Of a DNA stretch of 30,710 bases, positions 8,501 to 15,668 are shown in pieces. Origin of the DNA: a virus (lineage: Duplodnaviria; Caudoviricetes); the IMG/VR virus record IMGVR_UViG_3300016472_000051, positions 1 to 30,710 of that record; one strand, 5' to 3'. Every line of letters begins with the position of its first letter. Positions within the stretch are counted from its first letter, which is position 1. Below the pieces are notes generated by a model. It ran no database searches, had not been told where the DNA came from, and was given only the letters and a program-made list of their open reading frames with translations. The position numbers and the translations under genes are program-made.

Positions 8501-8955
8501 TGCGATTGTACGCTGCTATGCTGTTCGTGCTGTTGCTGGTTGGCTGTGACCCAGTGAAGCGGGCCATGAAACGTAAGGCAAAGGTGGACCGCATCATCGC
8601 GGACTATCTGGTCGACAATCCCATCAAGTCCGACACTGTCTACATGCCTGGGGCCACTATCGTGCGGCATGATACGATCGTCAACGAGAATATCTACGTC
8701 GATACCATCCGTCTTAACGACACGCTGCGGATCCATTCAACCCAGTGGCGGGACATTGTGCGGGAGGTCAACGTGACCGACACGATATGGATCCGGCCGG
8801 ATGTTTCCGGCCCACTCCGGGCAATGCAGGCCGAACTGGATGCCGCAAGGCATAAAATAGAACGTCAAAGAGACATGATACGGAAATTTTCTATGGGCGC
8901 GGGTATCCTTGGCCTTCTTATGCTTATTATCATTATCGTCGTGAAGATCAAATAG
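8497..8955 (+). CDS. Unimolecular spanin (u-spanin-like)
   Basis: N-terminal lipobox LLVG|C plus C-terminal TM segment (GAGILGLLMLIIIIVV-KIK); last gene of the lysis module. Confidence 0.75.
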   Translation: MMRLYAAMLFVLLLVGCDPVKRAMKRKAKVDRIIADYLVDNPIKSDTVYMPGATIVRHDTIVNENIYVDTIRLNDTLRIHSTQWRDIVREVNVTDTIWIRPDVSGPLRAMQAELDAARHKIERQRDMIRKFSMGAGILGLLMLIIIIVVKIK

Positions 8956-8984
8956 TTACGTTCAGCAGCTCGTAGGGTTACGTC

Positions 8985-9017
8985 GGCCCCTCGTTTCCAC
9001 GGGGGGCTATTTTTTTT
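8985..9017 (+). terminator. Rho-independent terminator ending the late operon
   Basis: GCCCCTCGT-TTCC-ACGGGGGGC hairpin followed by a T8 run. Confidence 0.85.
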
Positions 9018-9045
9018 CTATTCTGCGAAAATAGTTTGGGAATTA

Positions 9046-9077
9046 TTTGGAGGTAATTGGAAATGTCTTTTACTTTG
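9046..9077 (+). promoter_or_regulatory. Putative early promoter (Bacteroidota -33/-7)
   Basis: TTTG (9046-9049), 20-nt spacer, TTACTTTG (9070-9077; one mismatch to TAnnTTTG), in an AT-rich gap after the terminator. Confidence 0.55.
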
Positions 9078-9106
9078 TCCTATCAATCACCCAAAATCAA
9101 AACACG

Positions 9107-9277
9107 ATGAAACATTACATCTGCTACGCCGAAGAGCGCACGTTCAACCCCAACCGCGACAATGGTCATTCGTTTACGATTGAAGCCCGCAACCTTCGGC
9201 AGGCGATCACCTACGCCCGGCTCCATTGCCGTCACATTTGCATGAAATTCATAAAGGCAAAGCTTCATAAAAAGTAA
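9107..9277 (+). CDS. Small basic early hypothetical protein
   Basis: ATG 9107 after an A-rich leader (AAATCAAAACACG); 56 aa. Confidence 0.6.
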   Translation: MKHYICYAEERTFNPNRDNGHSFTIEARNLRQAITYARLHCRHICMKFIKAKLHKK

Positions 9278-9295
9278 AACAACAAAAACACAATA

Positions 9296-9520
9296 ATGAA
9301 AATCAACGCAGAAATCTTCGCACGCTGGCAACAGATCCGCCAACCCGGTGACGTGGCGGAAATCGCCCGTCGGGCAAATTGCACCCGGCAGAATATCTAC
9401 ATCGCATTTAAGTCCGGCCGCTGCAGCGCAAAGCTGTTCGATATCATGACGGCCTTCTACAATGACCGAGCTGACAAGGTGAACGCCATTCTCGACAAGA
9501 CCGAAAATATTGCAGAATGA
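9296..9520 (+). CDS. Cro-like helix-turn-helix regulator
   Basis: DVAEIARRANCTRQNIYIAFKSG is an HTH signature; 74 aa. Confidence 0.7.
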   Translation: MKINAEIFARWQQIRQPGDVAEIARRANCTRQNIYIAFKSGRCSAKLFDIMTAFYNDRADKVNAILDKTENIAE

Positions 9521-9603
9521 AAAAGTTTATCCGCGACAACTACATCGCATGGCTCATGGTCCTTGCGATGATTATCATGTGTACTGCAGATAGTTGGTTC
9601 TAA
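9517..9603 (+). CDS. 28-aa membrane micropeptide (not in ORF track)
   Basis: ATGA overlap with the HTH gene stop. MKKFIRDNYIAWLMVLAMIIMCTADSWF fills the gap before ATG 9620. Confidence 0.55.
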   Translation: MKKFIRDNYIAWLMVLAMIIMCTADSWF

Positions 9604-9619
9604 CCATCAAACTTGCCAC

Positions 9620-9937
9620 ATGGAAACAATCAATGAAATAATCGGAACGCTGACCGCAGCCTCGCTGATTCTGTTCATATACGTATGGATACACCGAGGC
9701 GATAAAAAATACGCCGAAGTGGAACGAGAATTCTACGATGACTATGAGGTAACCATAGACATCCTCAGCATCTGCACCCCTCCCGACGGCGAGCGCATCA
9801 TCCGGTCCTTCTCGGACCGATGGACAGGAATCATCCCCGAGCTGGAGCTGATCCATCGGCTCGGAGTCATGCGGGGCATCCAAGAGGCTAAGCATCCATC
9901 TATGCTCAGATTCAAATATTCACCATCTCAAAATTAA
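9620..9937 (+). CDS. Hypothetical protein with N-terminal TM segment
   Basis: IIGTLTAASLILFIYVWI hydrophobic stretch; tight gene packing. Confidence 0.6.
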   Translation: METINEIIGTLTAASLILFIYVWIHRGDKKYAEVEREFYDDYEVTIDILSICTPPDGERIIRSFSDRWTGIIPELELIHRLGVMRGIQEAKHPSMLRFKYSPSQN

Positions 9938-9944
9938 ATCAACT

Positions 9945-10559
9945 ATGGGACTCGGAAACAGAGAAAGTAGTGTGTACCTGTCGGTAGCCGGCGGGAAAGT
10001 CATCCGGCGGTTCAACGAACCGCAGCCGGGAACAAAGCCCCGCATCTCCAAGACCGGCAAGCAGGTCCATGAGGCGGCCTACGACTTCATCGCCGGCACC
10101 ATCACGGACATCGAGGTCCGTGACACGGAATTCGGCAAGTTCTGGCAGGTCAGTCTCGCCGACGATGGAGTGACTTACAAGCTCCAATTCAACTACAGCG
10201 GCGGGAACGCATCATCCTTCCTAAAGGCCCTGCCGAACGTCAACCCTGCCATACCTGTGACCATCATCCCCCGCGTGAAGCTCGAGGGTGACAAAACCAG
10301 GTCCAGCATCATAATGTTGCAACAGGACAAAGTCATCCGCTGGGCATGGACGAAGGATAACCCCGGCGAGCTGCCGCAGCTTCGTAAGATTAAGATCAAG
10401 GGCGTCGAGCAGTGGGATGACTCCGACATGATGGAGTACCTTGAATCTTTTGTAAAACACGAGTACATGCCTCGCGTGCGGCTCAACAAACAGGCCACGA
10501 TGGCCAGCGCAGCCTTCGGTGCTGAGGTGCCAGATGCTGAGGAAGATACGCCGTTCTAA
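9945..10559 (+). CDS. Putative ssDNA-binding / recombination protein
   Basis: Beta-rich core with an acidic C-terminal tail ending EEDTPF (SSB-type); adjacent to the exonuclease. Confidence 0.55.
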   Translation: MGLGNRESSVYLSVAGGKVIRRFNEPQPGTKPRISKTGKQVHEAAYDFIAGTITDIEVRDTEFGKFWQVSLADDGVTYKLQFNYSGGNASSFLKALPNVNPAIPVTIIPRVKLEGDKTRSSIIMLQQDKVIRWAWTKDNPGELPQLRKIKIKGVEQWDDSDMMEYLESFVKHEYMPRVRLNKQATMASAAFGAEVPDAEEDTPF

Positions 10560-10574
10560 CCTGTGAAACCGGCA

Positions 10575-10657
10575 GCCACCTTCATCTAAGTCTCATTTGA
10601 GGCATGGCAGGATCCCGCAATTGACGGGGAATGCAGGTTCGAGTCCTGCAGGTGGCT
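10575..10657 (+). ncRNA. tRNA-like RNA (intact acceptor stem and T-arm, non-canonical D and anticodon arms)
   Basis: GCCACCT (10575-81) pairs with AGGTGGC (10650-56). T-arm GCAGG-TTCGAGT-CCTGC; arm TCCCG-CAATTGA-CGGGG; no encoded CCA. Confidence 0.6.
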
Positions 10658-10672
10658 CTAAATCATAACCCC

Positions 10673-11428
10673 ATGAGCAATTACATCATCAACACCCAAA
10701 ACAAGCAGCTGACCTTCCTTGACGGGAGGTTCTACAGGACGGAAGACGGCCAGTTCGTGCCGTCCGTGACCACCATCCTAGACGCCTATCCCAAGGACGC
10801 GGGTTACTACATGTGGCTCAAGTCCGTCGGTCAAGATGCCGACACTATCCGCGACGAGGCCGGCCGCAGGGGTACAACAGTCCACGAGATGACGGAAGCC
10901 TACGACGCAGGGGCCGAAGTCTCCCTGCTGACCGAGGACGGACATCTAGGGTATAAGGTATCCGAGTGGGCTATGTTTGAGCGTTATGTCGAGTTCATCC
11001 ACCGGTTCAAGCCCGAGATAATGATGACCGAACACAATTTCGTCAATCCTGAGCTAGGATGGGCAGGCACTATCGACCGGGTCATAAAGATCGGAAGCCC
11101 TAACCCTGTCACCATGCTCCTCGACATCAAGACCTCCAATGCCATCTATCCGACCTACTGGCTCCAGCTCGCCGCATATCGCCGGCTGCTCGAAGAGGCC
11201 GGCATCTACGTCGACCAGGTCGGCATCCTGTGGCTCAATGCCAAGACCCGAACCAACGGCAAGGCCGGCGACATCCAAGGCGATGGATGGCAGTTGTTGC
11301 GCAAAATGGCGTGCGATACGGACGAAGACCTCAACCTGTTCGTCCACACCCGCGCCCTATGGATGGCGCAGAATCACTCAGCTAAACCCAAGCAGGCAAC
11401 GTATAAGCTCACGCATCAAAAATTCTAA
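10673..11428 (+). CDS. PD-(D/E)XK exonuclease (RecB/Cas4/lambda-exo-like)
   Basis: PSVTTIL, RGTTVHE, E...WAGTIDRV, LLDIKTS, QLAAY motifs. Start taken at ATG 10673. Confidence 0.85.
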   Translation: MSNYIINTQNKQLTFLDGRFYRTEDGQFVPSVTTILDAYPKDAGYYMWLKSVGQDADTIRDEAGRRGTTVHEMTEAYDAGAEVSLLTEDGHLGYKVSEWAMFERYVEFIHRFKPEIMMTEHNFVNPELGWAGTIDRVIKIGSPNPVTMLLDIKTSNAIYPTYWLQLAAYRRLLEEAGIYVDQVGILWLNAKTRTNGKAGDIQGDGWQLLRKMACDTDEDLNLFVHTRALWMAQNHSAKPKQATYKLTHQKF

Positions 11429-11430
11429 AC

Positions 11431-11742
11431 ATGCACCCAGTAAAATCAATCACAGAGCAAGAGCTGGAGGACAGCCGCATGCGGCACCGGTTATGCACGC
11501 AGGAGCTGGTCAGGGCCAGGACTATCGTGTGGGGGTATCGCAATCACCGGTTCAGCATGCTGGTCAAAAACTTCGACACGTACATGCTCAAGCTACCCCG
11601 CGAGAGGTTCGCGCTGCATTTTTCCGACAAGATGGGCGCTAACTTTTGGCAGGAATTTATCGGCGAATACTCAATTTACGAAGAGACGGAGCCTGACATG
11701 ACATGGACCGATTTTCTAGCCAAACGCATACAAACTACATAA
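11431..11742 (+). CDS. Hypothetical protein
   Basis: 103-aa ORF starting 2 nt after the previous stop. Confidence 0.6.
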   Translation: MHPVKSITEQELEDSRMRHRLCTQELVRARTIVWGYRNHRFSMLVKNFDTYMLKLPRERFALHFSDKMGANFWQEFIGEYSIYEETEPDMTWTDFLAKRIQTT

Positions 11743-11753
11743 AACCTATAACC

Positions 11754-12209
11754 ATGAACAACGAGACAAGACCCACCGACCCGCTCGAGCGCGCTGCCTA
11801 CGATGCTGCGTACACTGTATACGCCAAAGTCGAGGAACTGCGGAATCAAATGTACGAGCTGAAATATGCGCAGAACAACCGCATGGCACTCTCAGTACAT
11901 CATGCTATCGGCATGCTGTCCTATGCCGTCGAGCGATACGTCAGGGGTGCGAAGAGCACCACCTTCGACACCGGAGTGTACAATACGCTCATGCGCGTAA
12001 TGGCATGGCTCGAGTTTTCACAAGGCATCGAGCTGGACATGTGCAAGGCCTTCGTAGGTTCTGGCACTAAAATCACCGGGCAGTTTAATAAGCTCTACGA
12101 CAGATACATATCGAGCGGGTCAGAGGAGGATTTCACGATGTGGCTTGATGAGTTTTACCCAGCATGGAATAATCAGATCCTAAACCTGCAGGACGATGCA
12201 ACTGCGTGA
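11754..12209 (+). CDS. Hypothetical helical protein
   Basis: ATG 11754 after an A-rich leader; overlaps the helicase start. Confidence 0.6.
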   Translation: MNNETRPTDPLERAAYDAAYTVYAKVEELRNQMYELKYAQNNRMALSVHHAIGMLSYAVERYVRGAKSTTFDTGVYNTLMRVMAWLEFSQGIELDMCKAFVGSGTKITGQFNKLYDRYISSGSEEDFTMWLDEFYPAWNNQILNLQDDATA

Positions 12210-13467
12210 CTATCAGATCGACATCGTGAGGCGCGGGACGGAGGTCCTGCGCCATCACCACCTGCTATACCTAGCGATGCAGGTCCGGACGGGCAAGACC
12301 ATCACTAGCCTATCTATCGCGCAAGAATGGGGGGCCAAGTCAGTCCTGTTCGTATCCAAAAAGAAGGCCATATCATCAATAGCCGGTGACTACGAGAAGG
12401 GCCGTTTCTCCTTCCAGTTCGACCTGATTAACTATGAAGCCATCCATAAGATCACAGCCGGCCAGGCCCTGCAGTTTGATCTTATCATCGCAGACGAAGC
12501 CCACACCCTTGGCGCGTTCCCCACACCGAACGAGCGCACGCGGCAGATGCGATCCATCGCCTATCCCATCGGCGGGAAGCCCTTGCCGATCATCTTCCTA
12601 TCCGGCACCCCGACGCCCGAGTCGTACAGTCAGATGTTCCACCAGCTATGGGTCAGTCATTTCACCCCGTGGACCGGGCAGAATTTTTACCAATGGGCCA
12701 AGGAGTACGTCAATGTGACCAAGCGGCACATCTACAACCGCGAGGTGAATGATTACAGCGATGCGGATGAGTCCAAGGTCATGGGGGACTGTCAGCCATT
12801 TATGATTTCATTCACTCAGGAAGAGGCGGGGTTCACGGAACGCGTGCAAGACCATGTGATCGAGGTCGACATGAAGCCGGGAACGTATGAAGGTATCAAG
12901 CGGCTCGTCCGCGACCGGGTACTCAAGACCAGCAACGGAGTGGTGATAGCGGACACGGCCGTGGCCCTGCAGAACAAAGTCCACCAGCTGTGCAGCGGGT
13001 CGGTCATCCTCGACGAACCTAACGGCATTTTTGAGTCCTACGCATTCGACATGACCAAGGCCGAATTTATACGCGACCACTTCCGCGGGGTTAAGATTGC
13101 CATCTTTTACAAATTCCAAGCCGAGCGGATGCTGCTGTCGTTTGTTTTCGCCGAACGGATAGTCGACAGCCCTGAAGAGTTCAACGCAGGCGGGAAGGAT
13201 GCCGTCTACATTTCACAGATAGCATCGGGCAGGGAAGGCATCAACCTATCGACAGCCGACGCGCTGGTGATGTTCAACATTGATTTCAGTGCCGTGAGCT
13301 ATTGGCAGGCAAGAGCGCGGATGCAGTCAAAAGACAGGGACCGGCCGGCCGATGTGTATTGGATATTCTCACGCGGCGGGATTGAACCGAAGATTTACGA
13401 GCAGGTCCTCCGTAAACGGAACTACACCCTCAGCCATTTCAAAAAAGATTTTATGACAACACAATAA
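12196..13467 (+). CDS. SF2 (SNF2-like/DEAH) helicase
   Basis: LRDYQ Q-motif, RTGKT motif I, IIADEAH motif II, LSGTP motif III, GREGINL motif V, QARAR motif VI. Confidence 0.9.
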   Translation: MQLRDYQIDIVRRGTEVLRHHHLLYLAMQVRTGKTITSLSIAQEWGAKSVLFVSKKKAISSIAGDYEKGRFSFQFDLINYEAIHKITAGQALQFDLIIADEAHTLGAFPTPNERTRQMRSIAYPIGGKPLPIIFLSGTPTPESYSQMFHQLWVSHFTPWTGQNFYQWAKEYVNVTKRHIYNREVNDYSDADESKVMGDCQPFMISFTQEEAGFTERVQDHVIEVDMKPGTYEGIKRLVRDRVLKTSNGVVIADTAVALQNKVHQLCSGSVILDEPNGIFESYAFDMTKAEFIRDHFRGVKIAIFYKFQAERMLLSFVFAERIVDSPEEFNAGGKDAVYISQIASGREGINLSTADALVMFNIDFSAVSYWQARARMQSKDRDRPADVYWIFSRGGIEPKIYEQVLRKRNYTLSHFKKDFMTTQ

Positions 13468-13523
13468 AGCGCGCGCAAGCACGTTTTATAGATGATAGAT
13501 TCCAATCGGGTATGGACAATCAC

Positions 13524-13554
13524 CCGCCTGTGTTTCTACACGGGGCGGTTTTTT
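13524..13554 (+). terminator. Rho-independent terminator-like hairpin
   Basis: CCGCCTGTGT-TTCT-ACACGGGGCGG followed by T6. Confidence 0.7.
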
Positions 13555-13573
13555 CAAGACTAAAACAAAACCC

Positions 13574-13855
13574 ATGCTGCAAAGACTTACAAAGCTGTGG
13601 GGCAACCTCCAGCAACAGATCAACGGGCAGACCATGCCCGACGCGCTCGACGAACAAGTCGGCGGGGCGCATTACAAGGACTATCTCATCCAGCCTGTCG
13701 AGTTTATTCATGCTAATAAGATAGGGTACATTGAGGGGTGCGTGGTCAAATACATCTGCCGCCATAAGCAAAAGAACGGCGTGCAGGATCTGCTGAAAGC
13801 GAAACACTACATCGACCTGTTAATTCAAATGGAGTACAAAAACCAAATCCCATGA
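13574..13855 (+). CDS. DUF3310 family protein (T7 gp1.7/SaV-like)
   Basis: QVGGAHYK...IQPVEFI...EGCVVKYICR...KNGVQDLLKAKHYIDLLI. Confidence 0.88.
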   Translation: MLQRLTKLWGNLQQQINGQTMPDALDEQVGGAHYKDYLIQPVEFIHANKIGYIEGCVVKYICRHKQKNGVQDLLKAKHYIDLLIQMEYKNQIP

Positions 13856-14073
13856 GCCTGACAAGTCTGTTTGAAAAGTTCATCGACCTGATCCCACCGG
13901 AGCAGGCATTCACGCGGTCCAAGGCAGAGACATTGAAGATGCTGGCCGAGATTCAGCACAAGCAGGACATGATTGATGCGTACCTTGCAGGTAACAACCG
14001 GCAAGATGACATCCACGATGCCCTCGACAAAGCCGACGCATACTACGAAGGGCGGCACGCCCAAGGAAAGTGA
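13852..14073 (+). CDS. Hypothetical protein
   Basis: ATGA overlap; 73 aa. Confidence 0.55.
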   Translation: MSLTSLFEKFIDLIPPEQAFTRSKAETLKMLAEIQHKQDMIDAYLAGNNRQDDIHDALDKADAYYEGRHAQGK

Positions 14074-14326
14074 GATTCAGCGGAGAATAGTGGCCGCACT
14101 CCGCGCCGAGGGGTGGCTCGTCATAAAGCTCATCCAAACCACTTACAACGGCATTCCTGACCTTATATGCCACCGAGATGGGCGTACTGTCTACATCGAG
14201 ATCAAACGGCCAGGAATCGCCCCTAATGCGCTGCAGGCGCTACGACATGACGAGCTGCGGGATGCGGGGATGGAGGTGTACGTCCTAAGTAGTGTCGACC
14301 AGCTTGCCGACATAGCAAACCCATGA
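14018..14326 (+). CDS. VRR-NUC domain nuclease (Holliday junction resolvase-like); start uncertain
   Basis: ESEIQRRIV...GIPDLI...YIEIKRPG...LQ...H..LR..G.EVYV. The nearest in-frame ATG is 14018. Confidence 0.85.
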   Translation: MPSTKPTHTTKGGTPKESEIQRRIVAALRAEGWLVIKLIQTTYNGIPDLICHRDGRTVYIEIKRPGIAPNALQALRHDELRDAGMEVYVLSSVDQLADIANP

Positions 14327-15306
14327 AACTACAAATCGCACGCGAGTACCGAGCTAAATTCGGATGGGAGATGCCCACCCGCAAGCTTGCGCGCATAATG
14401 GCCGGCGAACTGCCCGATATATTCAACTCCTTGGAAGATGCGCGCTACTGCCTCCGGCGCATCGAGAACAAGACAGGGCCTCAACACGCGAGCGAAGGGT
14501 ATGCCAACATTCCTCCAAGACCGGCGAACCCCTACAAGCTGCCCGAGAGTCAGGCAACGAAGCGGGAGACGATGACGCTGCCCGAGGTCTGCGACAACAT
14601 CCTCGTGATCTCGGACCTTCATATCCCTTATCACGACCTTGAGGCTGTAACAATGGCCATAAGATATGGCATAGAGAACAAAGTCAATACCATCCTCATC
14701 AACGGCGACCTCATCGACTTTTACAATATGTCGCGTTTCCAGAAGGATCCGCGCAAGCGGTCCATCCGGTTTGAAATCGACACGGCCAAGGCCTTCCTAG
14801 TGCAGCTGCGCGCCGTGTTCCCATCCGCGGCCATCTACTGGCTGAAGGGCAATCATTGCATCAGATACGAGCATTGGCTAATGACCAAGGCTCATGAAGT
14901 TTTCGATGACCCATACTACCAGCTGGAGCATCGACTCAAACTGCAGGAGGAAAGGGTAACAATCTTAGATGACAAAACCCTTGTGAAGGCGGGCATGCTA
15001 TCCATAACCCACGGACATCACATAATGAAAGGGTTTTTTGCGCCCGTCAATTCCTCGCGCGGCGCATGGCTACGAGCTAAGCAGTCGGTCCTGATCGGAC
15101 ACGTTCACAAGGTGTCTAATCATGTCGAGGTGTCACTTGATGGCAAGGTATATGGGTGCTGGTCGACCGGGTGCCTGTGCGACTTACATCCAGACTACAA
15201 CCCACTAGTGTCAAACTATCAGCACGGATTCGCCCATGTCGTGGTCGACAAGTCTGGAGATTACATGGTCAAAAATTATCAAATAATTGATGGAAAAATT
15301 CACTGA
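14323..15306 (+). CDS. Calcineurin-like metallophosphoesterase with N-terminal extension
   Basis: SDLHIP, NGDLID, GNH, THGH and GHVH motifs. Confidence 0.9.
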   Translation: MKLQIAREYRAKFGWEMPTRKLARIMAGELPDIFNSLEDARYCLRRIENKTGPQHASEGYANIPPRPANPYKLPESQATKRETMTLPEVCDNILVISDLHIPYHDLEAVTMAIRYGIENKVNTILINGDLIDFYNMSRFQKDPRKRSIRFEIDTAKAFLVQLRAVFPSAAIYWLKGNHCIRYEHWLMTKAHEVFDDPYYQLEHRLKLQEERVTILDDKTLVKAGMLSITHGHHIMKGFFAPVNSSRGAWLRAKQSVLIGHVHKVSNHVEVSLDGKVYGCWSTGCLCDLHPDYNPLVSNYQHGFAHVVVDKSGDYMVKNYQIIDGKIH

Positions 15307-15307
15307 G

Positions 15308-15514
15308 ATGATTGACGAAGTTGATCCCTCTGACGTCGAGACTATTGGGTATCTTGACATTATCGAATCACAAATCAACGTCATCACTACCCTTAGCGAT
15401 TCAGACACGTCTGAATACGACAAATGTCCCGAAGACAAAGTACGGGCGATAAGTCAGGCCTATAAAATCATCCATAAGGTACAGCGTCTTTTGTATAAAT
15501 CACTAGACGATTAA
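15308..15514 (+). CDS. Hypothetical acidic protein
   Basis: ATG 15308 lies 1 nt after the upstream stop. Confidence 0.55.
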   Translation: MIDEVDPSDVETIGYLDIIESQINVITTLSDSDTSEYDKCPEDKVRAISQAYKIIHKVQRLLYKSLDD

Positions 15515-15564
15515 ACAATATTTCCACACCGGAAAAATAGTTTTTAACTTATATTTATAGGGCA

Positions 15565-15657
15565 GCAGTGTCGGGAGACCACTGCGTGCGAAAAATATAC
15601 ACGCCCCAATGTGGCCGGGACCGCGTGCGCGGTGTCTCCCCCCGGTCATATTGGGGC
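15565..15657 (+). ncRNA. Structured leader RNA (two hairpins with complementary 7-mers) upstream of primase
   Basis: Hairpin 15565-15585; 17-bp stem 15603-15619/15641-15657; GGGAGAC (15573-79) complementary to unpaired GTCTCCC (15634-40). Confidence 0.6.
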
Positions 15658-15668
15658 TAATACATCCA

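Noticed and set aside
10673-11428. Cas4 as part of a CRISPR system
   Set aside because: No four-Cys Fe-S pattern, no other cas genes or array; an ordinary phage PD-(D/E)XK exonuclease.
15609-15668. ORF-track N-terminal extension of the primase (similarly at 2650, 6098, 9047, 10631, 11703, 20582)
   Set aside because: These upstream starts run through RNA structures or neighbouring genes; downstream ATGs with A-rich leaders or stop/start overlaps fit better.
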